Below are positions 48,198 through 61,950 of a stretch of 64,000 nucleotides of DNA, in pieces. Under the pieces are notes generated by a model, which saw only the letters and a program-made list of their open reading frames with translations, was not told the origin of the DNA and did no database searches. Where the stretch lies: contig NW_024704747.1 in the NCBI RefSeq assembly GCF_018977255.1, positions 21,762,001 to 21,826,000 on the forward strand. The letters run 5' to 3'. The number at the start of each line of letters is the position of its first letter. Positions within the stretch are counted from its first letter, which is position 1. The translations under genes and the position numbers were made by a program. Source of the DNA: Callorhinchus milii. Its lineage: Eukaryota.

Positions 48198-51100
48198 AAA
48201 TGTATTGCCAATTGGACTATTGCGTCCTACTTTGTTCATAAACAGAGGACTTTTAAGGTACTTTATCATAACAACACAGACGCTTGTCACAGTCTGCCTG
48301 AGAATGTAAGAGGTTTTGGACCGGTGCAGATTTTCACTGATATTTTAACACCTCCTTGGGTGTATGATTACCACAGACCTTGTGATGTTTAGTTATCTCC
48401 TCCCTTCTTCACCAACAATGAGAACACCTCAGTTGATTGATATATCAAACTGGACTTTGTTTCATACATGTATGAAGGGGTGGCTGTGTCATATAGGCTG
48501 CTCTGTGAACAAATCGATTTGGTTTTGCTCACTCAGACACCACAGATAATAAGCAGCATTTTGATTCCCTTCTAAAATCCAATCAAGAGGCAATTGAGTG
48601 GGTTTTGTTCACGCACACAATAACAACTCTAATATTGTTTAATAAAATTGCAAAGTGTAGCGTGGAAGAAATAGCGTCAAACACTAACTACTATTTATAA
48701 GTTTTCTATTTTGAGTTCAAAAAATGTTCTTGGACATGTGATATAGACTATTTTAAAAGCACATCAGCAATTATACATTGTTTGAAAACTACAGCGATTG
48801 CAGTCTAATAGATGAGGCACACATGATCTGAGAGTAGAGAATTCCATTCGTGTCTCGGTTGAAATCTGTTTAATTTTACAGTAGTGCGACAGGCTGTAAG
48901 GTGGAAAAAAAATTGTAGTTTGCACGACAACTCATCATATTGTGCCCATGCACTTTTTGTACACAGTGCTGACGTGCAATTTTATCGATCGATTCTGAGG
49001 CACTGATCACCCAATTGCTTAGCTATTGTTTATGCATAAAGCAATGCAAAGGGTAGGAATAGAACAAACGGTTAAAAGTGGACCAGGGTTTGTGTTGTTG
49101 TTGTTTGAATGGTCTGATGGTTCATCGTCTTTGGAGAATGCAACCATGCTGTGGGAGCCATGTGAACAATTAAGAGAAGATCTGAAGTGTCACACAATGA
49201 TAAATAGGTGAAAGGAGGGCAAGTGAAAGCCGCCATTTCTGTCACCTTTTATGCAATTGGTACCTTTCAGTTCCTAGCCGCAGTAACCAAGGTGGATAGT
49301 CACTTCCACCCAAGTTATTTCTGAAGAGGATTTTCCCTTCGCTCAAACTGAAATCAGGTATCCAATATCCCCCCCAGCAGCTAATGCTTAGTGAATCCTG
49401 ACTTCTCCAATATGCCCAGGTGCTCCGAGATGTACAAACCTATCTTGGGACACTTGAAAAAACAGCAGGAAAGGTTTGCCCTTACAGATAGTACACAATC
49501 TCAGCAGTGTTATTACTGATGTGGTCAAAATTGCACTGGCGGTTGTCACGGTTCATTTACCTTCACTGATTCAAGTCTGAGCAGGAAGGTCGAGAAGGGA
49601 GAACTGTGAGGTTGGTGAGTGACTGCTCAGCTAATGACTCGTGTATGTATCTACAGTTGTCTGCATTTACAGAGATACTCGCTCTTTCACAGAAGGGAGC
49701 CTTTTCCAGTTTCCCAGCCAACAATCTCCCAGATAAAATTGATCACTCCCTTCAGGTTCCTGCTTGAATATACACCAGGCACCGTTCTGTTTCACAAACA
49801 TCCTATTTTCTAATAAATACAGACGTATGCTGGGCACACAGAATTCAAATGTGCTTCCAGGTCTCCATCTAAGGCACACCACTGCCAAAATTAAATTGAG
49901 CCTGGAAGTTAAGCTCACCATTTTGTATTTGATTTCCCCCCCCTAAGATTCCCATTGCTTCAGCATATGGGTGCAATTTATGCTTCAAGGTCGGGTACGG
50001 GTAGCCACTCACCCCCATGAGTACTTACAAGCTAAGGACAAAAACACATGCAGTTAAGAATACAGATGCATCTGAGCAAAAGAATACACCTAGAGCACCT
50101 AGCAGGGAAATTTATACCTAGAACTGTACAGGTTTTCTCTTGTAGATTCAAGAGATTTAAATTCTCTCATCAACAGTGTGCAACACAGACACCACAAACT
50201 CTAACTCCAAACTCTGCTGAGATGCTCTCAAAATGTGGAAGCAGGAAGGGGGGAAATTGAGCTCCGCCAAGTGTTTATTTTCCTGCAGTTGCTCAATTTC
50301 TTTTTCATTTTACCAGAACTGCCTTGCCTGATTTCCATGATATCCTCACACTGCATTGTGTCAGTTTGCCAGATCTAATTTCCTCAGAGATTCCATGATC
50401 ATCAGTCTAAATCCCACAAGATCTCATTATGCTTTATATTCCTGCTGGTTACACCTCAGACACTTCAACAGTCAAATCCATGTGTTAAAATTTTTTTAAA
50501 AAATAAATAATTAACAATTGAGCAGAGCTCAAGCGCCAAGAACACATGCAGTGACAAGTTTGCAAAGTCCTACTGAAGGATGAATGATAATACCATTCAA
50601 GGAAATTGACAAAACTAAATTAAATTATAAAATTTCCATGGCATGCGTTTCCACAGCATGGGTCCATATTAATAATTTTCAAATAAGTTGGAGCATCACT
50701 CATACGCAGTGTGTATTAAGGCAGCACTGCATGACTTGAAAGATGAATAATTTACCGCTTATTGCTATAATGAGGTGACTAGTCATTTAATTTAAAAATT
50801 ATCCAAAAATATTGACAGTAGCATCACAGTACAGTTGAGTGAGCAGATTTCTCTCCAGAAATCTTTTTAACTTGTCTCTTTTTTTCAACTGGCGATACAT
50901 GCTTTTACTCAGCAACGCATTGGAGAAACTTTTTTTTGTGGAGGGGGAAAAATAAATCTCAACTCATAAGAAATATTCCAGCCATCTATCCACACAGTTA
51001 AAGTAATACTGACAATCTCTCTGTAAAACACCAAAGGAATTGCTCATGCATTGCTCAAATGCATCAGGTACAAATGTATACCCAATTCTAGAAATGAATA

Positions 51101-52404
51101 ACACCATTAATCTTTCCGGGAGATACAGTGGACTAAATATTCCAGATTTACCTTTTCACCTCGAAAGCCAATGTAAATACAAATAAGCTGCAGATAAAAA
51201 AAGAATGAAATAGCAGACTGGTGAAACAAAATGTGATGGTTAAAACTAAGAGGCCTTTATGATATAAATTACCGAAATAAATAGAAGGAAGAGATGCATG
51301 ACTGATCATATTAATATTCAAATTCCACGGAGGAATAGTGAATCAACTATGTGGAGCTCAAATTATGAGGCTGAAGTAGGTTTAATAAACAGACTCTTTA
51401 ACAAACTAGCGCAGACATAATTGAGTAAATGCTCCAATTACAGAAGCACTGAATATTGTGGTTATGTAGCTCTATCAGAATTTTGCGGTATTGCTTCTGC
51501 GAGTTAAAGATTTTAATCCCTTTTTTGCCATTAGAATTATAAAAATGTTCAAGATGGAACAAAGGATGTTTTTACAGAAATGTGATGTGCATGTTAAATG
51601 AGGATCTCTCCAGATCACGGATAGAGCCGAGAATGGTTCTCTCCCCTTTACCACCCTTGGAATCTTTGCAACGACAGAGAAAGTTCATCGCAAAGTAAAC
51701 ATCCCTCATTTGCTTGGAATAATGTAATAAAAATCCTTGCATATCTTTATCATTCTGTCCAACAAGAATTTTGCTTCCATTTAACAGGTGTGGGAGGCTG
51801 ATCTTAAGCAAGAGGAATGGATGGTGAAGCAGAGTGGAATGCCACTCACTAAAGCTCTGCAGCAGCTCATTGGCAATTTGTTCAGGTGCACTCTCAAACT
51901 TTAGTTAATCTACATTGAGACCCAGAACTGCTCAGTTATGAATTAATCTGGATACCATCAGTGAGAATCAGAGCTGTCCCTTGTTCCTGCCTTTTTCCAT
52001 GGACTCAGTTCGCATGATACCAGTGAACATTTATAGTAATCTATCCTATTAATTGCTAGAGAATGAGGCTCGGGTGGTCCTTTGTCTCTGCAACTTCCAG
52101 GTACACACCAGTGCCAGACAGGTTGGAGGAGGTGGGGGTGGGGTTGGGGGGAGAGATAAGTTCCAAAGGAATCATGTGGAAAGCCAGACACCTCTATGGA
52201 GATCCAAGTCAACCAACGCAGTAGGGGTACATTTTCACTTGTACTTTTTAAAGCTCATTAGATTGACATAATCTTTATGCAAAGTACACACAGTCTACTA
52301 TTTGGTTTTGATCTTGTCCATAGGGCGCAGGACAGATGGAATCAGCAGCTGTTTTATCGTGCAAAACATCAGGGATCTGCAGCATCCAAACATTTAACTA
52401 ATGA

Positions 52405-52615
52405 TTCCTGGGAGAGCGGGCTCCGCTCCCATTCTGCGGAGGCAGCTCAGGCATGAGCAGTCGGCGCAACAACTCCTGGGAGAGAAAGTTCTTGGAGTTC
52501 CAAGAGCGTGGAGTAGATCAAGGCGATGGAAAGCTGGGAGAGATACCAGCATAGAGCTCAGTGAGGCAAGTGAGGGTGGGATCATCCAGCAGGCATGCAG
52601 AAGATGGGAAAAGTA
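52405..52615 (+). pseudogene. Possible decayed Myb/SANT-like ORF of a Harbinger transposon
   Basis: Frameshifted ERAP.(H)SAEAAQA followed by VLGVPRAWSRSRRWK...IELSEAS...QQACRRW. Spacing is reminiscent of the ERAPRFS..ALEAL...W..VA..VS..S...QCRK.W pattern. Confidence 0.4.
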
Positions 52616-54361
52616 TAGTCAGGGGAGATTTAGGTGCTACAGTAAAACTCACATAGCAGTATCTGTATAAATTGTATAATTGCCTAAGTCGTACATCTGC
52701 CCAAGTCCCATTCAAGAGTTTATATTCTATGCAAGTTTGGCATAACCCATCCCTTGCATAAGTCATATTAAATGTATGGTCCCAACTGAAACGACTTATG
52801 TGAGGTTTATTGTATTTGAATGGCTCTCAGAATCATTGGAGTGCTCCGACTCCACTTCTGTGCCAATTGTCTATCTGTAGATAATGTCTGGTGATTTGAA
52901 AGTCACATTACTCCGGATCAAGAGTATTTATAATTAAGACGAAGGATCCCAGTATGTAAGGGTTGGGGGGAGGCAGCTAGCAGAATAGATATTTCACTAT
53001 AACTATTTTATGTTATTTACTGGTGGAGAAAAACAATAAAAGCAAATGGTTTGAAAAAGTGAAAATGGCTTACCTTGTTCCAATTCAGTTAAAGGCGTCT
53101 CACTCCTGTGCGCACACACACTAATACGTCTCAGAGCATGTTCAGTTTCAGTGTGGTACTTTACTGCCTCTGTTTTCGTTCCATTCCACGACCGAAAAGG
53201 TAAAATTATATTAGCTTTCCAAGCCAAGCCCCACTGCCCATGCATGTGGTGCGTTAACCCTTCTGGGCTTAGGTGACATTTGTGATGCATTCACTCACGT
53301 AATCACTTTTTTTCTTCTGAAGAACATCTTTGAACACCACACGCTCTTATGGCACCCCTAACCTGTGGGTATCGGCAGCTGTTATTTTTGCCTCCTGGTG
53401 CTTCTGCTTACCCTTGGTGCCGTTATGCAACACAGGAAAAAGCAGATGTTTGCAAACCACCTGAAGGCTGCATTGGCCTGTACCACATGTGAAATGCAAA
53501 ATAAAATGACCATATCTTAAGTATCCTGTGCAAAAGTTTGGGGCTATTCCTGTTGATTTGTGTGCACCCATTATACATTGTGTGCACTGCATTCATGAGA
53601 CTCACTCCCGCTACCACCCACCCCCCCCCCCCGCCACTCCGGGTGGGGCGATCTGACTTTAGAAGCTGCTAAATTATCTATTGTGTTCATCTACAGAATA
53701 CAGTCAGTATACTTTACAGTAAATTCTGTGAAGCACTTTGAGACGTGAGAGGCACTATATCAAATGCAAAAAAATATTATTTAATAATAACCCTTGCATT
53801 TTATACAGAGCCTTCCATTTATTATTTTTAGTGGTTTTCTGTGATGGGTCAGCCAGACCAATTACACTGCCACGTTACATATAAATGGATGCTATTTTTC
53901 TAAGTTTGTTTGCTTCCTCGAATAGCTACTTTTTGTAGGAGGTTGACATTTTGTTCACCAGATATTTTGTCAAGTCATTTTTGAATATCCTTGCTAACAG
54001 GCCTGTTACACTGATGATTATAGGAACTATGTTCCTATATGGTTAGGAATAACTACTGCAACTGCATTTAATTTGTAGATCGATATATTTCTTAATCTTC
54101 CTTATTTTTTACAGTGTAATCACTTGAGATCTCCACATCAATACTACTAAGTGTAAAATTTATTTGATTAGTTTTGATAATATCGGTCTGTTACAAATGA
54201 TTGTCCCATTTGTATGTACATGTGAATCCCAGATTTTGGGGTGTTATTTTTCAATGTCACTTTTGCTACTTGATGTTCATACTAGTTTGTCTTTATACTA
54301 CTATTATTATTATTTTTTAAACTGAACTCTTGCACTAAACGCATTCATTCATAGAACACAT

Positions 54362-54522
54362 CAATAATAATAATCCTTGGATTTGATGTAGCGCCTTATC
54401 ACATCATTGAGACATCTCAAAGCATTTCGCAGAATATATTGCAAAGTGTACTTTGTGAGCGAAACACAGCAGCCAACTGCACACAGCAGTGCCCAAAAAA
54501 ACAGGCGTGGATTGAGTGACCT
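54362..54522 (-). mobile_element. Deu SINE 3' half
   Basis: (TAA)n-CCTTGGATTTGATGTAGCGCCTTATCAC...CACAGCAGCCAACTGCACACAGCAG. Confidence 0.75.
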
Positions 54523-55163
54523 TTTTTTTAAATGCCAACAGGCTTTTTAGACTGCAAGTGTAAAACTAGAGGGCACAGGTTTAAAAATTAACATGCTTCA
54601 AGTAAGACCAGATTTAAAAAGAAAATGCCCTGTAGTGCAGTGGTTACAGTGAAAGCAGCTGATTCTTTGTCAATTAACTCCTTCAAAAAAGTGAGAAGCT
54701 TCATAAATGCCTGATTGGAATTGGATTGAAGTTTACAAACTAAATTGATTAAAAACTGTACAGGACACAATAATAATCAGCCTTGCATTTGATGTAGTGC
54801 TGACAACATCAAAACATCTCAATGAGCTTTACTGGCACTTCCTGTAAAGTGAAGTGACTGTGTTGTTTGTAGGTGAAAGCAGTTCAGTTGAGATCAAGGA
54901 ATATTTATGTGGAATTTTCCATCAAGAGTCTTAATACATGATGTAGAGTAATTGATAAACTGTGGAAGAAGTAGCATTACTGGGCCAAATGGTCTTTGGT
55001 CTTACCTGATCTCCTATGTTCTCATGCGTGTTAGTAGAGTGAAGAACATCCAGTTCCTAGCCAAAGAAGCTCAGCTTCATTTTTTTTCTGAAACTTCTCC
55101 TCCCAATGTAAAGGAAGCTATATAAATGTAATTTTGTATAAGTATCGCATTGAAACTGATATA

Positions 55164-55529
55164 CAGTAAAACTCCCATGAGTTGTATCAGTTGGAACCAT
55201 GACATTTAATATGCAGTTGGTAAGTGCCGTCATGGGTCAAGACTATATTTCCTTCAATTCAATGTGTCTTGACCCGTTACCGCATGCGTACCTACCGGCA
55301 TGCATTGGAATCGTGCATCGATGGATCAAGACTTTGTTTCCTGTGAGTCAATGTAGCAGTAAATCCGCATGCGTCAACAGGTTCGAACTGCGATTCAAAG
55401 CAAACGGTAAGTGAAGGAGTATCGGAGGGTAGGACAGCGGCGTTATGAGTTAGGAAGTGATTATTATGAGAAATTGATAGGAAACTGAATGGGACTCTGG
55501 TGAATATAAGAATTAGGCCAGTTTTACTG
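55164..55529. mobile_element. Tc1/mariner (Tigger/pogo-like) MITE, 366 bp
   Basis: TA-CAGTAAAACT ... AGTTTTACTG-TA: a perfect 10-bp TIR with TA TSD (55162-55163, 55530-55531). Confidence 0.75.
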
Positions 55530-56025
55530 TAGTTGGTGCGGGGAAATCCAGAGCAAATATGTGAATTGTATGTGAGAAAGACATTTGGACATTTTTAGGA
55601 GATCTAGGCCAGTTGGTGTACGTCCTGGCCTGAGAGGACTACCCCCAAGCCATTCAAGGCAGTGCTACTGGCAGCAACAGAGTCACAAACCCTCAGCTTC
55701 AAAGGTTCTGAACATATGGAGCTTTACAGCTGAGCCAGCAGCTGTAGAAACAGCCCCACGACACAAACAGGGAGCATCTATTCTTCCTGAAACTCTATCT
55801 GCAACATAAATGTACCATAAATCTCTCAAGACATTGCCAGAGAAATCTTGAAAAATTGCCCGCTTCACCTTCAGCCTACATCGCCTGCTCTGCCCCCCCG
55901 CCACAATGTCAATGAGAGGCCGGTATACTCACCAGTGTAGTAAAATTAAATTGCTATACACAGGGCATGGGAGAAGTCCATCCAGTTAATAAGTGTACTT
56001 GAATAAATGTTGATAGAAATAAATA

Positions 56026-56405
56026 GCATTCAGCCTCTCTGCCCCCACACTCTGGAACTTCATCCCACAGTCCCTTCACCTCACTTCCTTCAAGGTCGGT
56101 CTCAAGATCCTCTTCTTCGATCGTACCTTCAGTCTGCCTTGCCTCCCCTCTCCCCCACCCTTCCCCCATGCTCGGGTCCTGACCCCTGACTGTCCAGCGC
56201 TCTATAAATGTAATTTTGTTGTTGTTGTTGTTAATAATAACATAATAATATTTGTTGCATTGAATATAGTGCTTATCGTAATCAAGAGATCTCCAAGCTC
56301 TTCACAGGCTATGCAGTAAAGATGTAACTGGGTGCATTTTGTGGGCAAATGCAGCAGTAAATTTGTGCACAGCAATGTCCCACAAACAGCCATGGAGTGA
56401 ATAAA
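56026..56405. mobile_element. L2 3' fragment (+, 56026-56232) tail-to-tail with a Deu SINE (-, about 56235-56405)
   Basis: GCATTCAGCCTCTCTGCCCCCACACTCTGGAAC (AFSLSAP.LWN), a (TTG)n tail, then (AAT)n and a reverse Deu domain. Confidence 0.8.
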
Positions 56406-57124
56406 CATGTCACCAAATGGGTTCTTTCACCTGTAGAAGCAGAAGCTTTCAGAAACACACAGTGGCACTTTTGATACTGGGTAGAGCAAGGAGATCAAGA
56501 GTACACGCACAGAGGAATTGTCTCTCACCAGTCTACCTGCCCCTTGTGACCCTGGGTGCGGTCAATAAAATGTTTGCCAAGGCATAGCTAATGCACTGCC
56601 AATTCATTTGCATATCATTATAATTTTATAATGATGGCCAAACTGTGTCCAGGGTAGAAATTGCCTTTTAGCACATGCATGCAATTGAACCCAATTTAGA
56701 GTTTGCATGCGAAAGAGGAAAAATTAGTCCCTTTATCTATTCGGTGGAACATACTTTCGTAATTTCTAAGCACAATTGACCCCACTATCATTTTTCACAC
56801 TTCAATTCAATTACACTGAATGCAGTACGATCTAAGAATAAACTGTACACATCAATCAGTTTCTTGTACTGGCATTTAAATACTCCCATAAGAATCCTTC
56901 ATTCAATGTTGTAGAACACTGCAATTTGAAGAAATGAGCTTTAGTGCTTTATTGTTTGACACACAATTCTCAGTTAAATTGGTTCAAAGCGAACTGTACA
57001 TTTGTGTGTCACCTGACTTAACTGGATACCTGCAATGTGACCCTCAAATACCAGTGACAGCCCGATGCATAAACATTGATTTCTAAGTAAACATCGCAAG
57101 ATCAGTTCAGATCACCTTAAATAA

Positions 57125-57800
57125 ATATAATCCTTGCATTTGATATAGCACATATCACATCGTCAAGACGTCTCAAAGCACTTCACAGAATATACTGTAA
57201 AGTGGAATGAATGTGTATTTTGTGGACGAAATGCGGCAGCCAATTGCACACAGCAGTATCCCACAAACAGTCGTGGATTGAGTGACCAAATTATTATTAT
57301 GTATTTCTGAAGGGATTATTACCCACCGGAAAGTGATCCACTAATCAACTAACAACCGAAGAGATATCTATCAAGAAATGTCTTAGGATTTTTTATTCAT
57401 TTTGTATTGTGAATGTACATGGGGACATGGACACAATGTGTCATCAGAGTAGCCATCCTACCACCCTGTCATTGCAGCATCAAGCTATTTCTTAAATGAA
57501 TCATTAGCTATCCTCTGGGTAAAGAAATGTTTCCTGATGTTTGTCTTGAAATTGTGCTTTACAGCCCTGTGCCCCTTTGTTTGGCTGCCTTGACACATTT
57601 ATAATAATAATAATAATAATAACATTTATAATCCTATGATAATCGATACAGAGCCATATCACGTCGTCACAATGTCTCAAAGCGCTTCATAAGATATACA
57701 GTAAAGTGGTGTGTCTGCGTGTAGTTTGTAGACAAACACAGCAGCCAATTTGCACACAGCAATATCCCACAAGCAGCCAAGGAGTGAGTGACCAATTTGC
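57125..57800 (-). mobile_element. Two Deu SINE copies (57125-57322, 57600-57800) flanking a CR1 fragment
   Basis: Both contain the reverse stem-loop (ATATCAC.TCGTCA...GTCTCAAAGC.CTTCA) and the Deu domain. Confidence 0.75.
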
Positions 57801-59159
57801 AGATCGCTGGAATATAAAGATCATCTTCTATCAATTCCGAAATAAAAACGGCAATTCACAAAATGAAGGGACCACCAGCGAATAAGAACCAGTGAAAGTC
57901 AATCCCAATGGTGGCCATTAGAGTCAGACCTCAATGTCTTTTCTATGTCTGTTCAAACCAACAAGATAAGAGCCCAGAGGCCCATGAGAGCGAGCACTAA
58001 TAATGGTTGATGTCGTGTTTGGGAACCTGGTTTTGAACCATCTATGTTTATGCTATGTCTCCAGGTCCAGCACATAAACAAGAAATATAGTCACTGAACT
58101 CTTGGATTCTATTTACAGTCTTCACATGTGGTGCCACATCAAGTCCAGCCAGTGTGTAGAAGCTTTCCTCCCTCCAACAGAAATCAATAGCCCCTGGGAC
58201 ATATAAAGGTGCTTAGGTTTTTCTCTGTTCATCAATGCTTCCATTTTTGGTCCATCTTACAGCAAGGGCTAAATGTAAGAAGCAACTCGGAATGCAACTC
58301 CCTTTGATCATCTTAACTGAAGAAACTGAAAAGGCATCTATCAGGAAATATCTTCCGACTTATTATTGAAGGTTTTGTGAATGTGCATGGGGAAGTGGAC
58401 CCTGATATGCAGCTCTGAATAGTTTCCTTCTGTAAAGAACAGAAAGGATATGTACCACAATGAACAGTGACCTGAAAACAATTAAACAACTTACAATTCT
58501 GAAATTAGTGGCAGAATTCGATTCATTTGTTTCAAGCAGATGCAGGATTCTTAAGACTAAATCCAGTTTGTTAAAAATAAATCAAAAACATCCTCACTGA
58601 ATGAACTCAAGAAGGGTTTAGTGGTTTCCCCTTTTGAATCAGGCAAATGTGATGAGGGCGCAGGTTAGTCAGTCTCGATAAGGTGTCTGAGAGCTTTGCT
58701 GGAGTTTGCCATCTGACACTAATGAATAACACCAGAATTTGCACCTGCATCAAATAAAATCTTTTAAATATCACCAGAGCCATTAACTTCTGTTGCTGCA
58801 ATTACCACAAAGTGCAGTGCATATGTTACTCTGGTCTACATGTCTCCACCAATATAATAGTTAATAGGGTCTAATTTGTGGTGTTTCTTGTAATGGGATT
58901 CTTGTGTTACCTCATAATGGAATTCCACAATAAGAATTACGAGTTGGCCCAAAGGAGACTTCTTTTGGAAACCAGAAGCACGTCACGTTACTTCTCCAAA
59001 TCTGTCTCCATCAGTAGCAAAATTCCAGTAGTTCGAAAGGAATTTTAAAAGATTACAAAATAGACTACATTTTTATATAAAAGTTTTTTCTATAAGATGT
59101 TGGTCGCAGCAAAGGGTCTTCTGTTTTTCCTCTCCATCTCTGTGACTCATGTCTCAGTT

Positions 59160-59162
<3 letters not shown>

Positions 59163-59193
<31 letters not shown>

Positions 59194-59200
59194 TCTCTCT
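59163..59200. repeat. (GT)n(CT)n microsatellite
   Basis: About 15 GT units followed by CT units. Confidence 0.95.
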
Positions 59201-59729
59201 CTTGCGTGTGTTGTCTCGTTTCATCTTTTGTTTATTGTCTCTTTCTCGTTTCCCCAAAAAAAATCACACAGAGCTACTCCATACAGACTGTACAATTGGC
59301 AGGTTATGCACTCAGCCAATGTAGGCTATACATGTGACACTGACATTTCAGCAGTGTTTTTTCCTGACAGTTGTGTGAAATCTTTATTATGAACAGTGCT
59401 TTTGATTATGCCAGTTTGCATATTTAACTATAATTCACATTTTCCTCTATGTGATAAATAAAGGGGTTCATTCTGACACCCATACAAGTTCAAAGCCAAT
59501 TCAGAGTTTAACATCAAAGAATTATGATGCGAAATAGGTACTTGCTCATTTTTCTAAGCCTCAACATGGAGGAAATTCATGCTGATTTTTAAACTATTCT
59601 GAAACTTATCTTAAAGCACTTTACAGAATAAAGAGTTGACTGACATAATGTCAGACTGTATAAACTGACTCACAGGAGTGCATCACAATCAGCACATTAC
59701 AATTTTATCAGAAGGATTATTCATCAGAA

Positions 59730-59960
59730 CACCAGGAGATACTCCTTCCCCTTTTCAAGTAGTACCATGGGATCTTTAACATGCACCTGAACAAGCAGAT
59801 GGGACCTCAGTTTAACATCTCATTAGATAGACAGCACCTCCGACAATGCGGCATCCCTCAACACTGCATTGGAGTGTTAGCCAAGACAATGAACTCAAAG
59901 TCCTGACGTTGGCTTGAACCTTCTGTCTTGGGAGGACAAGGTGCCAACAAGCGAGACAGG
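59730..59960 (-). mobile_element. tRNA-head SINE 5' half
   Basis: Reverse complement of the SINE head and body (GGTTCAAGCC...CTAACACTCCAATGCAGTGTTGAGGGATGCCGCATTGTCGGAGGTGCTG). Confidence 0.8.
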
Positions 59961-61639
59961 TTGATACCTAAGAATAGAACCACACATGAAGTGCAGATGC
60001 AGTTCCTCCGTGTCATTTCAAACTCAGGACCTGATCGTTTCATTGATCATCTTTTTTCTACCTAAACCTCCCGCTGTTCTAGTTAGTCAATATTGTATCC
60101 TGTTTTCAACTTCCTTCCCTATCCCTGCAACCTCACAATGCAGATATTTGCAAACTCCTACTGTCAATGCCACCTATTTATAAGTAGCAATTCAAATGAC
60201 TGAAGCCAGTAAGCTTTATGCTACTGGCACCCTGGCAAGTCGCTAACATGTGCCAACTATACAGACACAGATCTACATCAAAAGAGCCACTGAACTTCAA
60301 AGTAAATCATTGTTTGAAGTGCTTTAAGATGCTTTGACGTGACCTGACACTACCTCAAATGCAAGGCTTATTATTGTTTATTATTAATGATGAGCAGACA
60401 AGCATCACATAGCCTATCATGTCAAAACACATACAGCCGTCATTGCTGTATCGCTCACTGACACAGAAATTTCCCGAGAGCCCAGCAGTGAGAAGTACAG
60501 ACATGGCAGCACTTTTAAAATCCCATTCAATGTCCCAGCAACTTGCTTAGTCTCGACTAAAAGTGTCTCAAGATGTGTGTAGACACCATCAATACTATTT
60601 CTCGTATAAAATACACAAAATACACAGCCAATCCACTTCATAATATATTCTGGGAAGCTCTTTGAGACGTCTCAAAGATGTAATAAGGCGCTATATCAAA
60701 TGCAAGGAATATTATTATTATTATTATTGAAGTTAGAACTATTTTGTAGCTCAATATGCAGGTGGTTTTGTAATGCCAAAATTATTACTTGTGTAGCTGT
60801 AAATGACTCACAGCAGAATCCTCACTCTGTTCACTCAATTACTTTCTAAACATGGTAAGATTGGTAACAAACTGCGGGGTGGCTTTATTGCAGCAATATC
60901 CACTTATGTTATAACAAACATAACTCCACATCGCCAGTCCCAAAGTCTACTACAATATCCACTTCAAAGCTAATTTGCCTGTTGTTTGCTGCTATTTAAA
61001 TCCAAATGGCCTTCTTCTGAATTAACATCCAGGACAAGAGCTGGTTACAAAGATACACAAGGCTGGGCTTGGGGTGAAGAAAACCCTTTGGCTCGTTTGA
61101 TGCTATTCTTTCTGAATACTAACCCCATCATCTTCCTGATAAAGCACCAAGAGCTTTCTTAAATAAATCCAGCATCATAGCAGTATTGCCCTTCCTTGGT
61201 AACTCATTACCCTCTACGTAAAATAAATACTTCCTAGAATCTGTAGGGGGCACTTTAGCCACATTGTATGAGCTGCTTGAAGCTAAATCTACATTCCTGG
61301 ATGTTTGACCATTCTTGCTGGAGCTCTGAATGGAATTTCCCTGAGATATGTGCAGAATGAACCCAGTTGGAATTTACCTCAATCAGCAGGGCTGACAGAG
61401 TGAGTCAACTTGTTTGGCTAGTTCTCCAAAAGTGGTATGTAGAGCTCTTTACAATCATCGCAGGCTGCTACCCTTCTGCAGAAGGTAAAATCTAGAGCAA
61501 CCTGCCAGCTATTGAGCCTCTGGTTCTCCCTTTGGAATTTGGTGTTTGGCATCACTACAGTTTGAGGAAATAACTTGTAAATTAAGATCTTCCCACACAG
61601 CAGTGACTTTTTTTTCTCATTGTTGATTTCCCAGCTCGA

Positions 61640-61815
61640 AGTCTTTCAGCCCAGAAGGTTGTAGATTGAATTTGTGACCTGTATCTACATGAAGTTAGCG
61701 ACTCTCAGCTGGACAGAAATTGGCCTTAACCCTGCTGGGCTGGGCTGAGGAGGGGAAACAGCCAGGTTTCCCAGTCCAGCTCACTAGCCAATGATCTCTC
61801 CTCTGCAGCAGGGGG
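61640..61815 (+). mobile_element. Possible LF-SINE-like ancient SINE fragment (related inverted pieces at 33829-33882 and 34563-34680)
   Basis: TCTCAGCTGG...AATTGGCCT...GGGCTGAGGAGGGGAAACAGCCAGGTTTCCC resembles the LF-SINE-type body as recalled. Needs alignment to confirm. Confidence 0.35.
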
Positions 61816-61824
61816 AAAGGGTTC

Positions 61825-61950
61825 ATTTCGCCCACAAAATACACAGTCAATTCACTTTACAGCATATTCTGTGAAGCGCTTTGAGACGTCTCGAAGACGT
61901 GATAAGGCGCTATATCAAATGCACTGATTATTATTATTTTTTATTATTAT
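61825..61950 (+). mobile_element. Young SINE 3' end (another at 60605-60728)
   Basis: AGCGCTTTGAGACGTCTCGAAGACGTGATAAGGCGCTATATCAAATGC followed by (ATT)n. Confidence 0.85.
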
